A stretch of DNA of 64,000 nt. It comes from a virus. Its lineage: Duplodnaviria; Heunggongvirae; Uroviricota; Caudoviricetes. Positions 30,615-40,599 of the stretch are shown here, piece after piece. Made by a program: the position numbers and the translations under genes. The stretch covers positions 1 to 64,000 of IMG/VR virus record IMGVR_UViG_3300029696_000106. The stretch is one strand, 5' to 3'. The notes beneath the pieces were generated by a model. That model made no database searches and was not told the DNA's origin. It saw only the letters and a list, made by a program, of their open reading frames with translations. The first letter of the stretch is position 1; every line of letters begins with the position of its first letter.

Positions 30615-30806
30615 TTAGAACCGGTCGAAATCCTCCTGCGAGGCCAGCTCTTTGTAGGGATAGTCGTCATTCTGCCGTTCTGTGAACATATCATTGACCA
30701 ACCCGATGGTCAGCAGGTCGAGGTCGGCGATGCTGATACCGAGCTGTACACAGCGCAGCAGAAAGAGCGGGGTGGTCATTTCCCGCTCACTTTTGCGAGG
30801 TTTTTT
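30615..30806 (-). CDS. gpT-like -1 frameshift extension of the tail chaperone (G-T fusion)
   Basis: Slippery heptamer A_AAA_AAC (minus strand, ~30800-30806) 8 codons before the G stop; the -1 frame continues KKPRKSEREMTTPLFLL... to 30615. Confidence 0.55.
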   Translation of the reverse strand, partial: KKPRKSEREMTTPLFLLRCVQLGISIADLDLLTIGLVNDMFTERQNDDYPYKELASQEDFDRF

Positions 30807-31156
30807 CTGGATTCCACCTCGGTCTGCACATTCAGACCCCACAGTTCGATCAGCTGGGGCAGAATCTGGTAGATGGAGAAGGTGTTGAACTGGTCCAGGA
30901 ACTCCTCTGGGCTGTCCGGCACATTCGCGGGGTCCGCATGGCGGGCCATCAGCCATGCCAGGTCCTCGAACATCTCCAGACTGAACAGATCAAGGTTGGA
31001 ATTGTCCTCATCGTTCTCTCCTACGCTCTTTTCCAGCTGACGCAGGTCCTTGTAAATGTCACGGCCAAACTTGATGCGGTACAGGCGGGGTACAGCGGCA
31101 CTTGCCTTAAAGGTAACTTCCTTGCCATCGATCTCGATTTTCTTTGTAACTGCCAT
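30776..31156 (-). CDS. tail assembly chaperone (gpG-like)
   Basis: Position between the major tail protein and the TMP; GGAGG RBS before MAVTKK; ends ...ESRKNLAKVSGK. Confidence 0.7.
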   Translation of the reverse strand: MAVTKKIEIDGKEVTFKASAAVPRLYRIKFGRDIYKDLRQLEKSVGENDEDNSNLDLFSLEMFEDLAWLMARHADPANVPDSPEEFLDQFNTFSIYQILPQLIELWGLNVQTEVESRKNLAKVSGK

Positions 31157-31225
31157 AATCGTAATCCTCCAAAATTTCATGTAAAATTGGCAGAGCCGAA
31201 GCCCTGCCGTGTGTCTGTTCTTCTA

Positions 31226-32053
31226 TTATTCTGCCGGGTCAATGCTCACCAGTGAATTACTGCCGCTCACAGTGGGCAGCTTTCCATCCCACTTCTGGAT
31301 CTTCTGGTAATCAATCAGCGTATCGGACAGGCTTTCTGCCAGTTTGCGGTTTGCCTCTGCCTGTGCATCTGCGGCAATGGAAGTTTTCTGGGCTTCCGCC
31401 TCTGCATTGGTGATCGCCACCTGCTTATCCGCTTCTGCCTTGGCAATGGCGGCTTCATTCTCGATCTTCTGCTTATCTGCATTCTGCTGTGCAATGGACT
31501 TCTGCTGGATGGCTTCGTTATAGGCATCCTCGAAATTCATGTCATTGATGACGACCTTATTCACGAACACAACGTCCTCACCATATTTCTGCACAAGGGA
31601 CTCTGCCAGCTTCTGCTGTGCCAGAGGTTCAATCTTGGTGCGGTTGGTCACCTCATTAGGGCCAAGTTCAGCCATTGCAGACTTGATTGCCGATGCTACT
31701 AGCTCGTCACCGACCAGATTCTTGATGTCGGACACATTCGCATACAGCCATGCACTCTTTTCAGGAAGCACCTGATAGGTCACGATGACATCAGCGGCAT
31801 ACACAGGGGTCTTGTCGGAGGCTTCGCCCCAGACCTGTGCTTCGATATGCTTATCCTGCTGCTTGTTGTTGACCTTGTGGATACTCTGCACAAAGGGAAT
31901 GCAGAAGTTGAGCTTGCCGCTCTGGATGGTGGTCTCCTGGATCTGGCCAAAGCTGGTCTTCACGCCCGTGTATCCGGTGGGGATGATGTGGAACGAGCAG
32001 ACAGCCAGCACCAGAACGATAATCACTGCGAACAAAGGAAAAATCTTCTTCAT
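31226..32053 (-). CDS. SPFH/band-7 (prohibitin-flotillin-HflK family) membrane protein
   Basis: N-terminal TM helix KKIFPLFAVIIVLVLAV, then GYTGVKTSFGQIQETTIQSGKLNFCIPFVQ...; C-terminal Ala/Gln/Glu-rich coiled coil. Confidence 0.65.
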   Translation of the reverse strand: MKKIFPLFAVIIVLVLAVCSFHIIPTGYTGVKTSFGQIQETTIQSGKLNFCIPFVQSIHKVNNKQQDKHIEAQVWGEASDKTPVYAADVIVTYQVLPEKSAWLYANVSDIKNLVGDELVASAIKSAMAELGPNEVTNRTKIEPLAQQKLAESLVQKYGEDVVFVNKVVINDMNFEDAYNEAIQQKSIAQQNADKQKIENEAAIAKAEADKQVAITNAEAEAQKTSIAADAQAEANRKLAESLSDTLIDYQKIQKWDGKLPTVSGSNSLVSIDPAE

Positions 32054-32115
32054 AATCATATACCTCTTTATAATAATGTAAGCAGAGCCGAAGCCCTGCA
32101 GTGTGTGTCGGTCAC

Positions 32116-32730
32116 TTAGCCCTGCGGCTCCTCGGTATGACCGGTGTCTTCGGTGTCCACAGCTTCCGCCTGCGGCTCGTAGACCGCATCGTACCACTTG
32201 TTATAGACATCATCGGTGGTGTTGGTGCCGGTCTTTGCCTTGACATAACCGTTTGCAAGAGGGGTTGCCTGCAGGTTCAGGGTGTCCGTCTTGACTTCCT
32301 TGCTGTCCTCGTTGGTCTCACCCTCGATGGACGGACGGCTTGCCACACAGTTGTACAGCACATGGTGGATGTGACGCTGGTCACCATCGAACTCGAACAG
32401 GAAGGCGAAATGTTCCAGTTCCACATTGGCGTTCTCAGCAAGCACGCCGTTGCCATCCAGCTCCTCGTGCATGATGTCCGTGAGGAAGCTCTCCGGGATC
32501 AGCGCGATCTCCAGATCACCCTCGTAGCCGGAGTTGTTATTCACGACATAGTAGGCGATGTTGTCTGCATAGAACGGTTCAATCTCGCCATTGGCATCCA
32601 TAGAAAGACTGACTGCACCGGGGATGCGGACCGGCTTTGCATAGGTGACACTGCCATCTTCGTCAAAGGTTGCCTTGGCATAATGGCAGTTTTTCAGGCC
32701 AAATTTGACCTTATTGCTTTTCTTCGACAT
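32116..32730 (-). CDS. major tail protein (phi13/TP901-1 family)
   Basis: MSKKSNKVKFGLKNCHYAKATFDEDGSVTYAKPVRIPGAVSLSMDANGE matches phi13-family major tail proteins. Confidence 0.7.
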   Translation of the reverse strand: MSKKSNKVKFGLKNCHYAKATFDEDGSVTYAKPVRIPGAVSLSMDANGEIEPFYADNIAYYVVNNNSGYEGDLEIALIPESFLTDIMHEELDGNGVLAENANVELEHFAFLFEFDGDQRHIHHVLYNCVASRPSIEGETNEDSKEVKTDTLNLQATPLANGYVKAKTGTNTTDDVYNKWYDAVYEPQAEAVDTEDTGHTEEPQG

Positions 32731-32764
32731 AGTGTTCCTCCCATAAAAATATCCCGCATGAGCA

Positions 32765-33082
32765 TCACACGGTCAGCTCATACAGGACTTCATACATTTT
32801 TTCGGTTTCGATCCAGACCTCGCTTTTCTCATAGTAGAGTTCGTGTGCGGTCAGGACTTCTTCAATATTTGCTTCCATATCCGGGTCTTTGTAATCGGTG
32901 TAGACCTCAATGTCCAGCCGGTTGAAATGGTGGTACACAAGGTTATCCGCACCGAAATTCTCGGCTTTCGGATACAGGAAGCAGATAAACGGTGGATCAG
33001 GACTCTCCCCTTCTGCGAAATGGTCATACGCATAAGGAAGCCCCATCTCCTCCACCAGAGCTTTTACTTCTTCGTGGGTCAT
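32765..33082 (-). CDS. head-tail joining / tail terminator protein (hypothetical)
   Basis: Assigned from position in the connector block only. Confidence 0.4.
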   Translation of the reverse strand: MTHEEVKALVEEMGLPYAYDHFAEGESPDPPFICFLYPKAENFGADNLVYHHFNRLDIEVYTDYKDPDMEANIEEVLTAHELYYEKSEVWIETEKMYEVLYELTV

Positions 33083-33092
33083 TGATTCCTCC

Positions 33093-33470
33093 TTACTTTA
33101 GTGCCTTTTTGATGAGGGACTGGAGCTGCTCGATGCCGGCCTGTTCAGCCGGAGCAATATGGGGTCTTCCTGCCACACGACCGCCGCCGCGTTTGGCATG
33201 ACCTTTTTCCAGCAGATGTGCCAGCTGGTAGCGGTTCTTGGAATGCACCACCATCTGAAGGCTCTGACTGGATTCGGACTGCTTGGTCGCCACCCAGCTT
33301 CCCTTGTACGCGCCCGTCCGGGACGGTGCATTGGCCGAGATCTGGTCTTTGACCGTTTTGGCAGACTTACGGACAGCACTCTTCACCTGCGTGGAAGCAA
33401 GGGTCGCATATTCTTTTAAGCCCTCATTGATGGCATCTGCCATCTCATCGATGCTGACGGTTCTGCTCAT
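33093..33470 (-). CDS. HK97 gp10-like tail-component protein
   Basis: Position and size; C-terminal KGHAKRGGGRVAGRPHIAPA. Confidence 0.5.
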   Translation of the reverse strand: MSRTVSIDEMADAINEGLKEYATLASTQVKSAVRKSAKTVKDQISANAPSRTGAYKGSWVATKQSESSQSLQMVVHSKNRYQLAHLLEKGHAKRGGGRVAGRPHIAPAEQAGIEQLQSLIKKALK

Positions 33471-33801
33471 CCGGCTGCCTCCTCTCCAGTCTGCAATGAA
33501 TTTTCAGTATCTTCTTCTGGTAGTTCATCGGGTCAACGGATTCAATATTGTAGAGCTGCTCCCGGAAGCGGATACGGTAACCAGTGGAAGTCAATCCTCT
33601 GGTCTCACTGCACCAGCGAACCGTAAACACCACGCTCTTCTGTTCGGCTGTGACCTCACCCTCTTCTTCCTGCGCCTGATAGGTCGAAGCGTAGGCAAAG
33701 CAGGTGAAATATTCCTCCCATGTGTTCCGATGGTTTCCGACCTTATCGGTCACGACCGTGCTTTTCTCGATCGTGATCCGCTCATTCAGTTTCTCGATCA
33801 T
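33445..33801 (-). CDS. head closure / head-tail adaptor protein
   Basis: Position; ~118 aa. Confidence 0.5.
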   Translation of the reverse strand: MIEKLNERITIEKSTVVTDKVGNHRNTWEEYFTCFAYASTYQAQEEEGEVTAEQKSVVFTVRWCSETRGLTSTGYRIRFREQLYNIESVDPMNYQKKILKIHCRLERRQPDEQNRQHR

Positions 33802-34139
33802 CAGAACACCCCCTCCCTCACAGCAAACAGAATAGAACGAAGCGTCAGCATCAGCTGCTTATGGTCAGCTTCGTCCCGGTGCTCATAGAGATACCCCAGC
33901 GCGTACAGAATCGCCACACGGCAGGTGCTGCGCAGGGCTTCCAGTTCCCTTGTAGGCTGTACTCCGTTCTCGGCATCCCGGTCAGCGGCATTGACTGCCT
34001 CCCACTGGTCTTCCGATAAACGGCCCACATCCTTACACATCTGCTCCGCAGAAGATAAAAGGATGCCGATCAGGGCATCCTCATCACTGCTGTCCACGCG
34101 GAGATAGGTCTTCGCTTCGTAAAGCGGGATCAGTGCCAT
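33801..34139 (-). CDS. gp6-like head-tail connector protein
   Basis: MALIPLYEAKTYLRVDSSDEDALIGILLSSAEQ is typical of Phage_connect_1. Confidence 0.6.
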   Translation of the reverse strand: MALIPLYEAKTYLRVDSSDEDALIGILLSSAEQMCKDVGRLSEDQWEAVNAADRDAENGVQPTRELEALRSTCRVAILYALGYLYEHRDEADHKQLMLTLRSILFAVREGVF

Positions 34140-34165
34140 AACCGGCTCCTCCTTTCCTGGCCTTC

Positions 34166-35371
34166 TTAGCCCTGCGGTGCCATCTGCAGAAGCTGTACGG
34201 CTTCAGGCAGGATCAGCTTGCCATCCACACGCTGGGTGGTCAGGAAGCCGACCTGATCAGTACGGGCATACAGCTCGTTCAGACGGCGGAAGGTGCGGTT
34301 CTGGCGGTCAGCCACCCAGTAGTAGCTGTAATCACCAAAAGCCATGACCTTGCTGCCGCCCTTGATCTCCGGCATGAAGGCGGAAGTCTTCAGCGGACGG
34401 TTCAGCAGGGTATCAGGCTTGCCGATCTCCAGACCCGGCTTCCAGATATAGTTGCCGTTGTTGTCCTTGATGGTCATCAGCTGCAGCACCAGGGCTTCGT
34501 TGCAGAGGAACTGTGCCTTCTTGCGGTACGGAGCCTTCAGTGCATAGTAGAGCTTGAAGATCTCATCGAAAGTAACGGCATCCTTCTGGGCAGCGGTCAC
34601 ACCGACCTTGGCACCACCGGTCTCAGCCAGCAGACCCAGAGGCTTGCCCACACCATCACCGGTGATAAAGGCGCGCTCCTCTGCGTTACCCATACGCACA
34701 CCGAAACGGCGGGCGATATAGGTGGCGAGATCGAAAGCGGAGTCGTTCAGCAGCTCATTGGAGATCTTGATCATAGTGCCCAGCTTGTACGCAGACAGCA
34801 TAGTCTGACCGAAAGTGGTATCGCTTTCCGGAATCTCCTCTCCTTCATCGATCCAGCTTGCCTCGCCGGTATCCTCCGCGATGGGAATCTTACGGGTACC
34901 GGAGCTGGTGCGGATGACAGTCGCCAGACCACGGAAGATGTTGTTTTCCTCCAGTGCCTCCACCAGCTTCTTCTCGAACTCATCGGGAACGGTAAAGCCG
35001 CCCTCGGTGTCCTCACCCACAGACAGGGCATTGCGAACCTCGCCGTAATGGCCACGGTTGCGGATCATGTTCCAGAAGTTCTCGGCATACTCGGCAGTGG
35101 CGGTCGGCTTGACATCCTTCTTGGCGCCGTTCTTCGGATCAGCGTGGACAGGACTGGAAGTCGGTGCGGACAGCTGTGCCTCGATCTGTGCCTGCTGTTC
35201 CAGACGCTCGATCTCTGCACCCAGGTCCTTGACCTCCTGTGCCATCTTGTTGTACTGCTCCACGGCCTCAGCCTTTACCAGACCGTTCTCGCCGCGGTTC
35301 TTCTCCAGAAAGTCCTTGGTCTGCTCCCAGAGAGTGTTGCGCTTGGTGCGCAGTTCCAGAATCTTACTCAT
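34166..35371 (-). CDS. major capsid protein, HK97 family
   Basis: 401 aa; N-terminal coiled-coil delta domain; downstream of the ClpP protease; GGAGG RBS. Confidence 0.85.
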   Translation of the reverse strand: MSKILELRTKRNTLWEQTKDFLEKNRGENGLVKAEAVEQYNKMAQEVKDLGAEIERLEQQAQIEAQLSAPTSSPVHADPKNGAKKDVKPTATAEYAENFWNMIRNRGHYGEVRNALSVGEDTEGGFTVPDEFEKKLVEALEENNIFRGLATVIRTSSGTRKIPIAEDTGEASWIDEGEEIPESDTTFGQTMLSAYKLGTMIKISNELLNDSAFDLATYIARRFGVRMGNAEERAFITGDGVGKPLGLLAETGGAKVGVTAAQKDAVTFDEIFKLYYALKAPYRKKAQFLCNEALVLQLMTIKDNNGNYIWKPGLEIGKPDTLLNRPLKTSAFMPEIKGGSKVMAFGDYSYYWVADRQNRTFRRLNELYARTDQVGFLTTQRVDGKLILPEAVQLLQMAPQG

Positions 35372-35428
35372 AGTGTTTTTCCTCCATAGATTGATTTGTG
35401 GTGATATGAAAAACAGCCTGAATGCACA

Positions 35429-36328
35429 TCACTTCATGCACTCAAGCTGCTTCATCAGGATATTGTAGGGGATACTGCCATCCTCGGTCTTGCCGTCCAT
35501 GTCAAGGACAGGGCCGGAATTAGCAGGTGGTTCTGCCGGAGGGGTCGGCTCTGCGGACGGTTTCGGGTTAGTAGGCGGCTCCTTCGGCTCAGTGTGTTTC
35601 TGACCCACATCTTCTGGTTTCACACCCAGACGGTTCAGAACGATTAAATCCATCTGACGGCTGGAGAAAAGGTGCCCTGCCGTATCCTTCTGGAACGGCT
35701 TCTTTTCTTCGCCCTCGCCCGGTTCACTGTCGGGGTCTTCTTCCGGATTCTCCGGGTCTGCCGGGTCACTGTCCGGCTCTTCCTCTTTCTTTGCAAAGAG
35801 GATCTCGTCTGCAAAGCCCAGCTCCACCGCCTTCTTCGCATTCATCCAGGTCTCATTGCTCATGAGGTTGGCGATACGGGCATGGCTGAGTCCACTCTTT
35901 GCAGCGTAGGCATTGATGATGCTCTCCTTGACTTCTGTCAGCACCTCGATGGCTTTCTCCATGTCCTTGGTATTGCCCATCGCAACGGTGCTGGGGTCAT
36001 GGATCATCAGCATGGCAACGGGACTCATCTGGACAGTATCACCGGCCATTGCCACAACGGATGCTGCCGAAGCTGCAATTGCATCGATCTTGACCGTGAT
36101 GCTTCCCTTGTAGTCCTTCAGCATGGTATAGATCTCGGCAGCGGCGAACACATTCCCGCCCGGAGAGTTGATCCAGACGGTCACATCCCCCTCACCGGAT
36201 TCCAGCTCATCCCGGAACATCTGCGGCGTGATCTCATCGCCCCAGAACGATTCCTCATCGATGGGACCTTCCAGCCGGAGGATTCTGGTATCGTCACTGT
36301 TTTTAATCCAGTTCCAGAATTTCTTCAT
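35429..36328 (-). CDS. prohead maturation protease, ClpP family
   Basis: VWINSPGGNVFAAAEIYTMLKDYKGSITVKIDAIAASAASVVAMAGD. Confidence 0.85.
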   Translation of the reverse strand: MKKFWNWIKNSDDTRILRLEGPIDEESFWGDEITPQMFRDELESGEGDVTVWINSPGGNVFAAAEIYTMLKDYKGSITVKIDAIAASAASVVAMAGDTVQMSPVAMLMIHDPSTVAMGNTKDMEKAIEVLTEVKESIINAYAAKSGLSHARIANLMSNETWMNAKKAVELGFADEILFAKKEEEPDSDPADPENPEEDPDSEPGEGEEKKPFQKDTAGHLFSSRQMDLIVLNRLGVKPEDVGQKHTEPKEPPTNPKPSAEPTPPAEPPANSGPVLDMDGKTEDGSIPYNILMKQLECMK

Positions 36329-37731
36329 CGGGTTCTCCTTCCATTTTTCCGTGGCTTACTCTCACTCAGCCGGTTATCGCTGTCAGGTTCTTCTTCCGGG
36401 TCTTGTTCCTCTGGCTGTGTCTGCTTGGGCTGATTCTGCTGGACGGCGGCCGCTTTGTTCTGCTGCGCCACCCCTGCATCCTTCAGCTTCACATAGCCGC
36501 CGTTCAGGTAGTAGTCGTCACCGCCCTCCTCTGCCGGGATGAGATCCATGTTCTCCAGCCGATGCACATCATTCGGAGAGAGAAACCCATTGCTGATGCC
36601 GGTCGCATAGCCGTTCATCCGGCTCTGGTAGTCGCCACGGAGCAGACCATCCACATTGAATTTTGGGAAGTAGGTATCCTGCTCCTCTTCCAGCAGCAGA
36701 TCCTTGATGATGCCCTGCTCAATGCGGACAAGCCACGGGGTCAGGGAGTGCATCACGAAGTTCAGCGACTGGTATTCAATGTTGGAGAATGTGGCTCTGG
36801 ACAGATCGGCTACCAGATGCGGAGGCACACGGAAGATACGGCAGATCTCCGTCACAGAAAACTGCTTCGTTTCAAGGAACTGACTGTCCTCTGGCGGCAG
36901 GGAGATCGGTTTGTAGGCCATGCCCTCTTCCAGCACAGCCACGCGATGGGCATTGGCTGCACCGCCATATGCTGCCTCCCAGTTATCCCGGACACGATTC
37001 GGGTCTTTTAAGACACCGGGGTGTTCCAGTACACCACTGGGCTGTGCGCCATTCTTGAAGAAGGAAGAACCATACTTATCCACAGCAATGGATGTGCCGA
37101 GACTGTTCTTCATCATGGCAATCGGTGAAAAACCGATTAGTCCATTGAATCCCAGTCCCGGCACATGGAAGATTTCGTCCCGGCGGAAGTAGATATCCTT
37201 ATTCTGCTCTCCCGGAACTTCATCCGTGTATGCGTGGTAAATATAGTAGAGCTCGCCGCTCTCATCCCGGTCGACTTCGACATTTTCCGGCAAAAGCGGA
37301 TACAGCCCCAGCACCGTGTTCTTGCCATCCCGGACGATCTGTGCGTAGGCGTTGCCCCAGAGGAGCAGGTGGGTCATCAATGTCTCCCAGAAGACAAAGG
37401 ATGTCGTCTCCGGGTTGGGCTGGCGATATAAAATCTTGTACAGCGGATGATCCCGCGCCTTTTCCTTGTTGCCATTATCGTCTGTCACCCGGTACAGATG
37501 CAGCGGCAGTGCCGCAATGGATTCCGCCAGCAGACGGACACAGGCATACACAGTCGGGATCTGCATGGCAGCTTTTTCATCCACCTGCTCCCCGGCATTG
37601 GAACGGCCAAACACAAAGGTCTGCCCGGAATCGCGGACATTATCCGTGACCTGCGGCAGACCTTCTTTTGGCTGTTCTGTTTTGGGAGAATCCCTTGGGT
37701 TCTCAAACCCCATCCATTCCCAGAATCCCAT
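36325..37731 (-). CDS. portal protein (HK97 family)
   Basis: 468 aa between terminase and protease; overlaps the protease start by 4 nt. Confidence 0.85.
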   Translation of the reverse strand: MGFWEWMGFENPRDSPKTEQPKEGLPQVTDNVRDSGQTFVFGRSNAGEQVDEKAAMQIPTVYACVRLLAESIAALPLHLYRVTDDNGNKEKARDHPLYKILYRQPNPETTSFVFWETLMTHLLLWGNAYAQIVRDGKNTVLGLYPLLPENVEVDRDESGELYYIYHAYTDEVPGEQNKDIYFRRDEIFHVPGLGFNGLIGFSPIAMMKNSLGTSIAVDKYGSSFFKNGAQPSGVLEHPGVLKDPNRVRDNWEAAYGGAANAHRVAVLEEGMAYKPISLPPEDSQFLETKQFSVTEICRIFRVPPHLVADLSRATFSNIEYQSLNFVMHSLTPWLVRIEQGIIKDLLLEEEQDTYFPKFNVDGLLRGDYQSRMNGYATGISNGFLSPNDVHRLENMDLIPAEEGGDDYYLNGGYVKLKDAGVAQQNKAAAVQQNQPKQTQPEEQDPEEEPDSDNRLSESKPRKNGRRTR

Positions 37732-37946
37732 TATGCCTTATCTCCCTTCTCCAGCTCCGGCAAACCGGCAAGGCTGGTACCAAGGGACGCAACACCTGCC
37801 ACGATCACTGCACTGCCGACCGCCGTCCAGTCCACAGTGCCTCCGGGCATCTGTGTCACGACCAGTGCCGCGCCGGTCTGGAACATCGTCTTTGCAGCAC
37901 GGATGCCGGCTGCCTTCCACCATTCTGCACTCATCAGATACTTCAT
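37731..37946 (-). CDS. small membrane protein (hypothetical)
   Basis: 71 aa with two hydrophobic segments. Confidence 0.35.
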   Translation of the reverse strand: MKYLMSAEWWKAAGIRAAKTMFQTGAALVVTQMPGGTVDWTAVGSAVIVAGVASLGTSLAGLPELEKGDKA

Positions 37947-37969
37947 AGCTTTTCCTCCAAATCTTCATA

Positions 37970-39595
37970 TCAAAAAACGATCATGTCACGTTCGTCATAG
38001 ACGCTTCCCTGCTGCTGACCTTCATTTCGGATACAGCGGTCCAGTGCCATGATTGCAGCGACGATACCATCGATCTTCTCCGGCGACTTCGCCTTGGTCG
38101 GCTTGATGTTGCCCGCCGGGTCGGTATCCACGACCACATTCCCCGCCATCCATGCCATGACCGGATTGCCGCCGTGGATGATCCTGCCTTCCATCAGGAG
38201 CTTGTAGAACTCCTTGGTAGGCGGGCTCATATCTTTGAAACCCTGTCCGAAAGGAACTACCGTGAAGCCCATCCCTTCAAGGTTCTGGGTCATCTGCACC
38301 GCTCCCCATCGGTCAAAGGCAATCTCTAAAATATGGTAGGTCTTGCCCAGTTCCTCGATAACTTTTTCGATAAAGCCGTAGTGGATGACATTGCCTTCTG
38401 TCGCCATCAGATACCCCTGCTGATACCAGACATCATACGGAACGGATGCCCTGCGCACACGCTGGGGGATCGTATCCTCCGGTATCCAGAAAAACGGAAG
38501 CATGATGTACTTCTCCTCTGGAACTCTGGGCGGGAACATCAGCACAAAAGCCGTGATGTCTCCGGTGCTGGACAAGTCCAGTCCTCCATAACAGTCACGG
38601 CCTTTAAGTGCTTCCATATCGATTGGCTGGTTGCCAAGGTTGTAGATGTGTTCCGGGATGAACCGGGTCAGCGAGGACACCCACATATTCAAACGAAGCT
38701 GCTTGAACACGTTCTCCTCTGCCGGGTTGTCCAGTGCTTCCTTGTATGCATCCCGGACACGCTGGATCTGGATAGTCTGGCCCAATGAGGGATTTGCCTT
38801 ATACCAGTTGGCTTCATCGTGCCAGTCATCTTCATCTGTCAGTCCATAGACCACGGGGTAAAAGGTGTGGTCGACCTTACGTCCGGCCAACAGGTCAAGT
38901 GCCTTCATGTGAAGCTCGTAACAGATGCTCTCCTTGTCCGTGCCGGCCGTGGTGATCTGGAAGAACAACGGCTGTTCACGGGCGTCACCGGAACCTTTGG
39001 TAAGGACATCGTAGAGTTTCCTGTTTGGCTGGGCATGAACCTCATCCAGAACAAGACCCGACACGTTCAAGCCATGCTTCGTGCCAACTTCGGCAGACAG
39101 AACCTGATAGAATCCTGCGTTCCCGTAGTTCACGATGCGCTTGGTGGCCGCCATGATCTTGCACCGTTTCAAAAGTGCCGGGGTCATCTGCACCATCTGA
39201 TGGGCGACATCAAAAACGATGGATGCCTGCTGGCGGTCAGCTGCAGCACCATAGACTTCGGCAGATGGCTCATTATCGGCAAAAAGCAGATACAAGGCTA
39301 CCGCAGCGGCAAGCTCGGATTTGCCGTTCTTCTTACCGATTTCGACATAAGCCGTGCGAAACTGACGATTTCCTTTTTCATCCACGATACCAAAAACATC
39401 CCGGATGATCTGCTCCTGCCAAGGAAGCAGCCAGAACCGTTTGCCCGCCCACTTGCCTTTGGTATGGCGCAGGTTTTCGATGAAAGTCACCGCCCGGTCT
39501 GCTTTTGCAGCATCGTAGTGGCAGGTCGGAAGCATGAACCGGCTTGGTTTATAATCCTTCAGTTTCGGATAGTTTTTGGGTCTGCACTCTGCCAT
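37970..39595 (-). CDS. terminase large subunit
   Basis: 541 aa; ATPase region, then GGLDLSSTGDITAFV nuclease region. Confidence 0.9.
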   Translation of the reverse strand: MAECRPKNYPKLKDYKPSRFMLPTCHYDAAKADRAVTFIENLRHTKGKWAGKRFWLLPWQEQIIRDVFGIVDEKGNRQFRTAYVEIGKKNGKSELAAAVALYLLFADNEPSAEVYGAAADRQQASIVFDVAHQMVQMTPALLKRCKIMAATKRIVNYGNAGFYQVLSAEVGTKHGLNVSGLVLDEVHAQPNRKLYDVLTKGSGDAREQPLFFQITTAGTDKESICYELHMKALDLLAGRKVDHTFYPVVYGLTDEDDWHDEANWYKANPSLGQTIQIQRVRDAYKEALDNPAEENVFKQLRLNMWVSSLTRFIPEHIYNLGNQPIDMEALKGRDCYGGLDLSSTGDITAFVLMFPPRVPEEKYIMLPFFWIPEDTIPQRVRRASVPYDVWYQQGYLMATEGNVIHYGFIEKVIEELGKTYHILEIAFDRWGAVQMTQNLEGMGFTVVPFGQGFKDMSPPTKEFYKLLMEGRIIHGGNPVMAWMAGNVVVDTDPAGNIKPTKAKSPEKIDGIVAAIMALDRCIRNEGQQQGSVYDERDMIVF

Positions 39596-40074
39596 CAGCT
39601 TCCACCTCCTCCCAGCAGATTCTCCATCTCATCGGCTGCATCCGCAGGACCACCGTCCGAAGCAATGATCCGGCTTCGTGAGGACGGGGTCAGACCGAAC
39701 TGCTCCGCGAACTTGTTCATGATCTTCAGATAAGTTTGGGCGATAGATACCTGCGGCACTTGCTGCCAGTACCCGGACGGAGTCTTGACGATGGTGCCGT
39801 GCTGGGTGATGAACTCCTCTGCCTCTTTCCATCGGGCATAGGCCTGACAGTAACCGGCAAAGGCAGCCATATCTACTTCGGTCAGGATGCCGATGGCTTC
39901 CATCTGTTTGGCCAGTCTGCGCCATTCCTTCTTTGCTTCCGGCTCCAGCCACTTCGGACAGGCCGGCGCTTTCTTGTTGGGCTTCGGTTCGCTGGTATTC
40001 AGCGGATGCTTGCCCGGATTGCCTTCCAGTTCCTTCATGGCGGTCGGCTTTGGTTTTCTGCCTCTGGTAGCCAT
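39595..40074 (-). CDS. terminase small subunit, P27 family
   Basis: MATRGRKPKPTAMKELEGNPGKHPLN; AGGAGG RBS. Confidence 0.75.
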   Translation of the reverse strand: MATRGRKPKPTAMKELEGNPGKHPLNTSEPKPNKKAPACPKWLEPEAKKEWRRLAKQMEAIGILTEVDMAAFAGYCQAYARWKEAEEFITQHGTIVKTPSGYWQQVPQVSIAQTYLKIMNKFAEQFGLTPSSRSRIIASDGGPADAADEMENLLGGGGS

Positions 40075-40202
40075 TGGCATCTCCTCCTTTCTGCAAAAAT
40101 GGGTAAAGAAAAAGGACCTCCGAAGAAGTCCTTGAAATCTATATAAAACACATCGGATACGAGGCACAGCCCCTTTTCGGGGCGTGTACCTTTTTGGTGC
40201 TG

Positions 40203-40580
40203 TTATGCGTTGGGGTTGGCTTCCTTCCAAGCCTCGTACTCATCAACCAGCTCCGCTTCCTCGATGACCTGCCAGACGCTGCAGAAGCGGATTCTTTGCT
40301 GCTCGATCTCCGCTGCTGTCCAGTCTTCCGGCTTGCGGCTCATGTCGTGGTAGGCATCCATCTCCGCTTTCGTCCGGAAGAAAAGGATCTGCTTCAGCTT
40401 CAGCGTCTCCTCGTTGTTCCGCAGGCTGTACCGCCTGTCCTCTGCCGCCCTGCAAAGGCTTCCGAGGTCGCTGCAGCTGAGGGTCATGTCCTGCTTGAAG
40501 GCGATCTCGACGTCGATCAGCTTCTTCTCGGTATCGGCTCCCTGAATGTTCTTAAGATAGGTTTTTGCTTTGTTCGTCAT
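40203..40580 (-). CDS. hypothetical early protein
   Basis: Start MTNKAKTYLK after GGAGG; preceded by promoter cassette 1. Confidence 0.5.
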   Translation of the reverse strand: MTNKAKTYLKNIQGADTEKKLIDVEIAFKQDMTLSCSDLGSLCRAAEDRRYSLRNNEETLKLKQILFFRTKAEMDAYHDMSRKPEDWTAAEIEQQRIRFCSVWQVIEEAELVDEYEAWKEANPNA

Positions 40581-40599
40581 GGTCTGTATCCTCCGTGTG

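Noticed and set aside
30537-30956. Plus-strand ORF 30537..30872 and minus-strand ORF 30615..30956 as independent genes
   Set aside because: The minus-strand ORF is better explained as the -1 frameshift (gpT) extension of the tail chaperone. The plus-strand ORF is antisense with no RBS.
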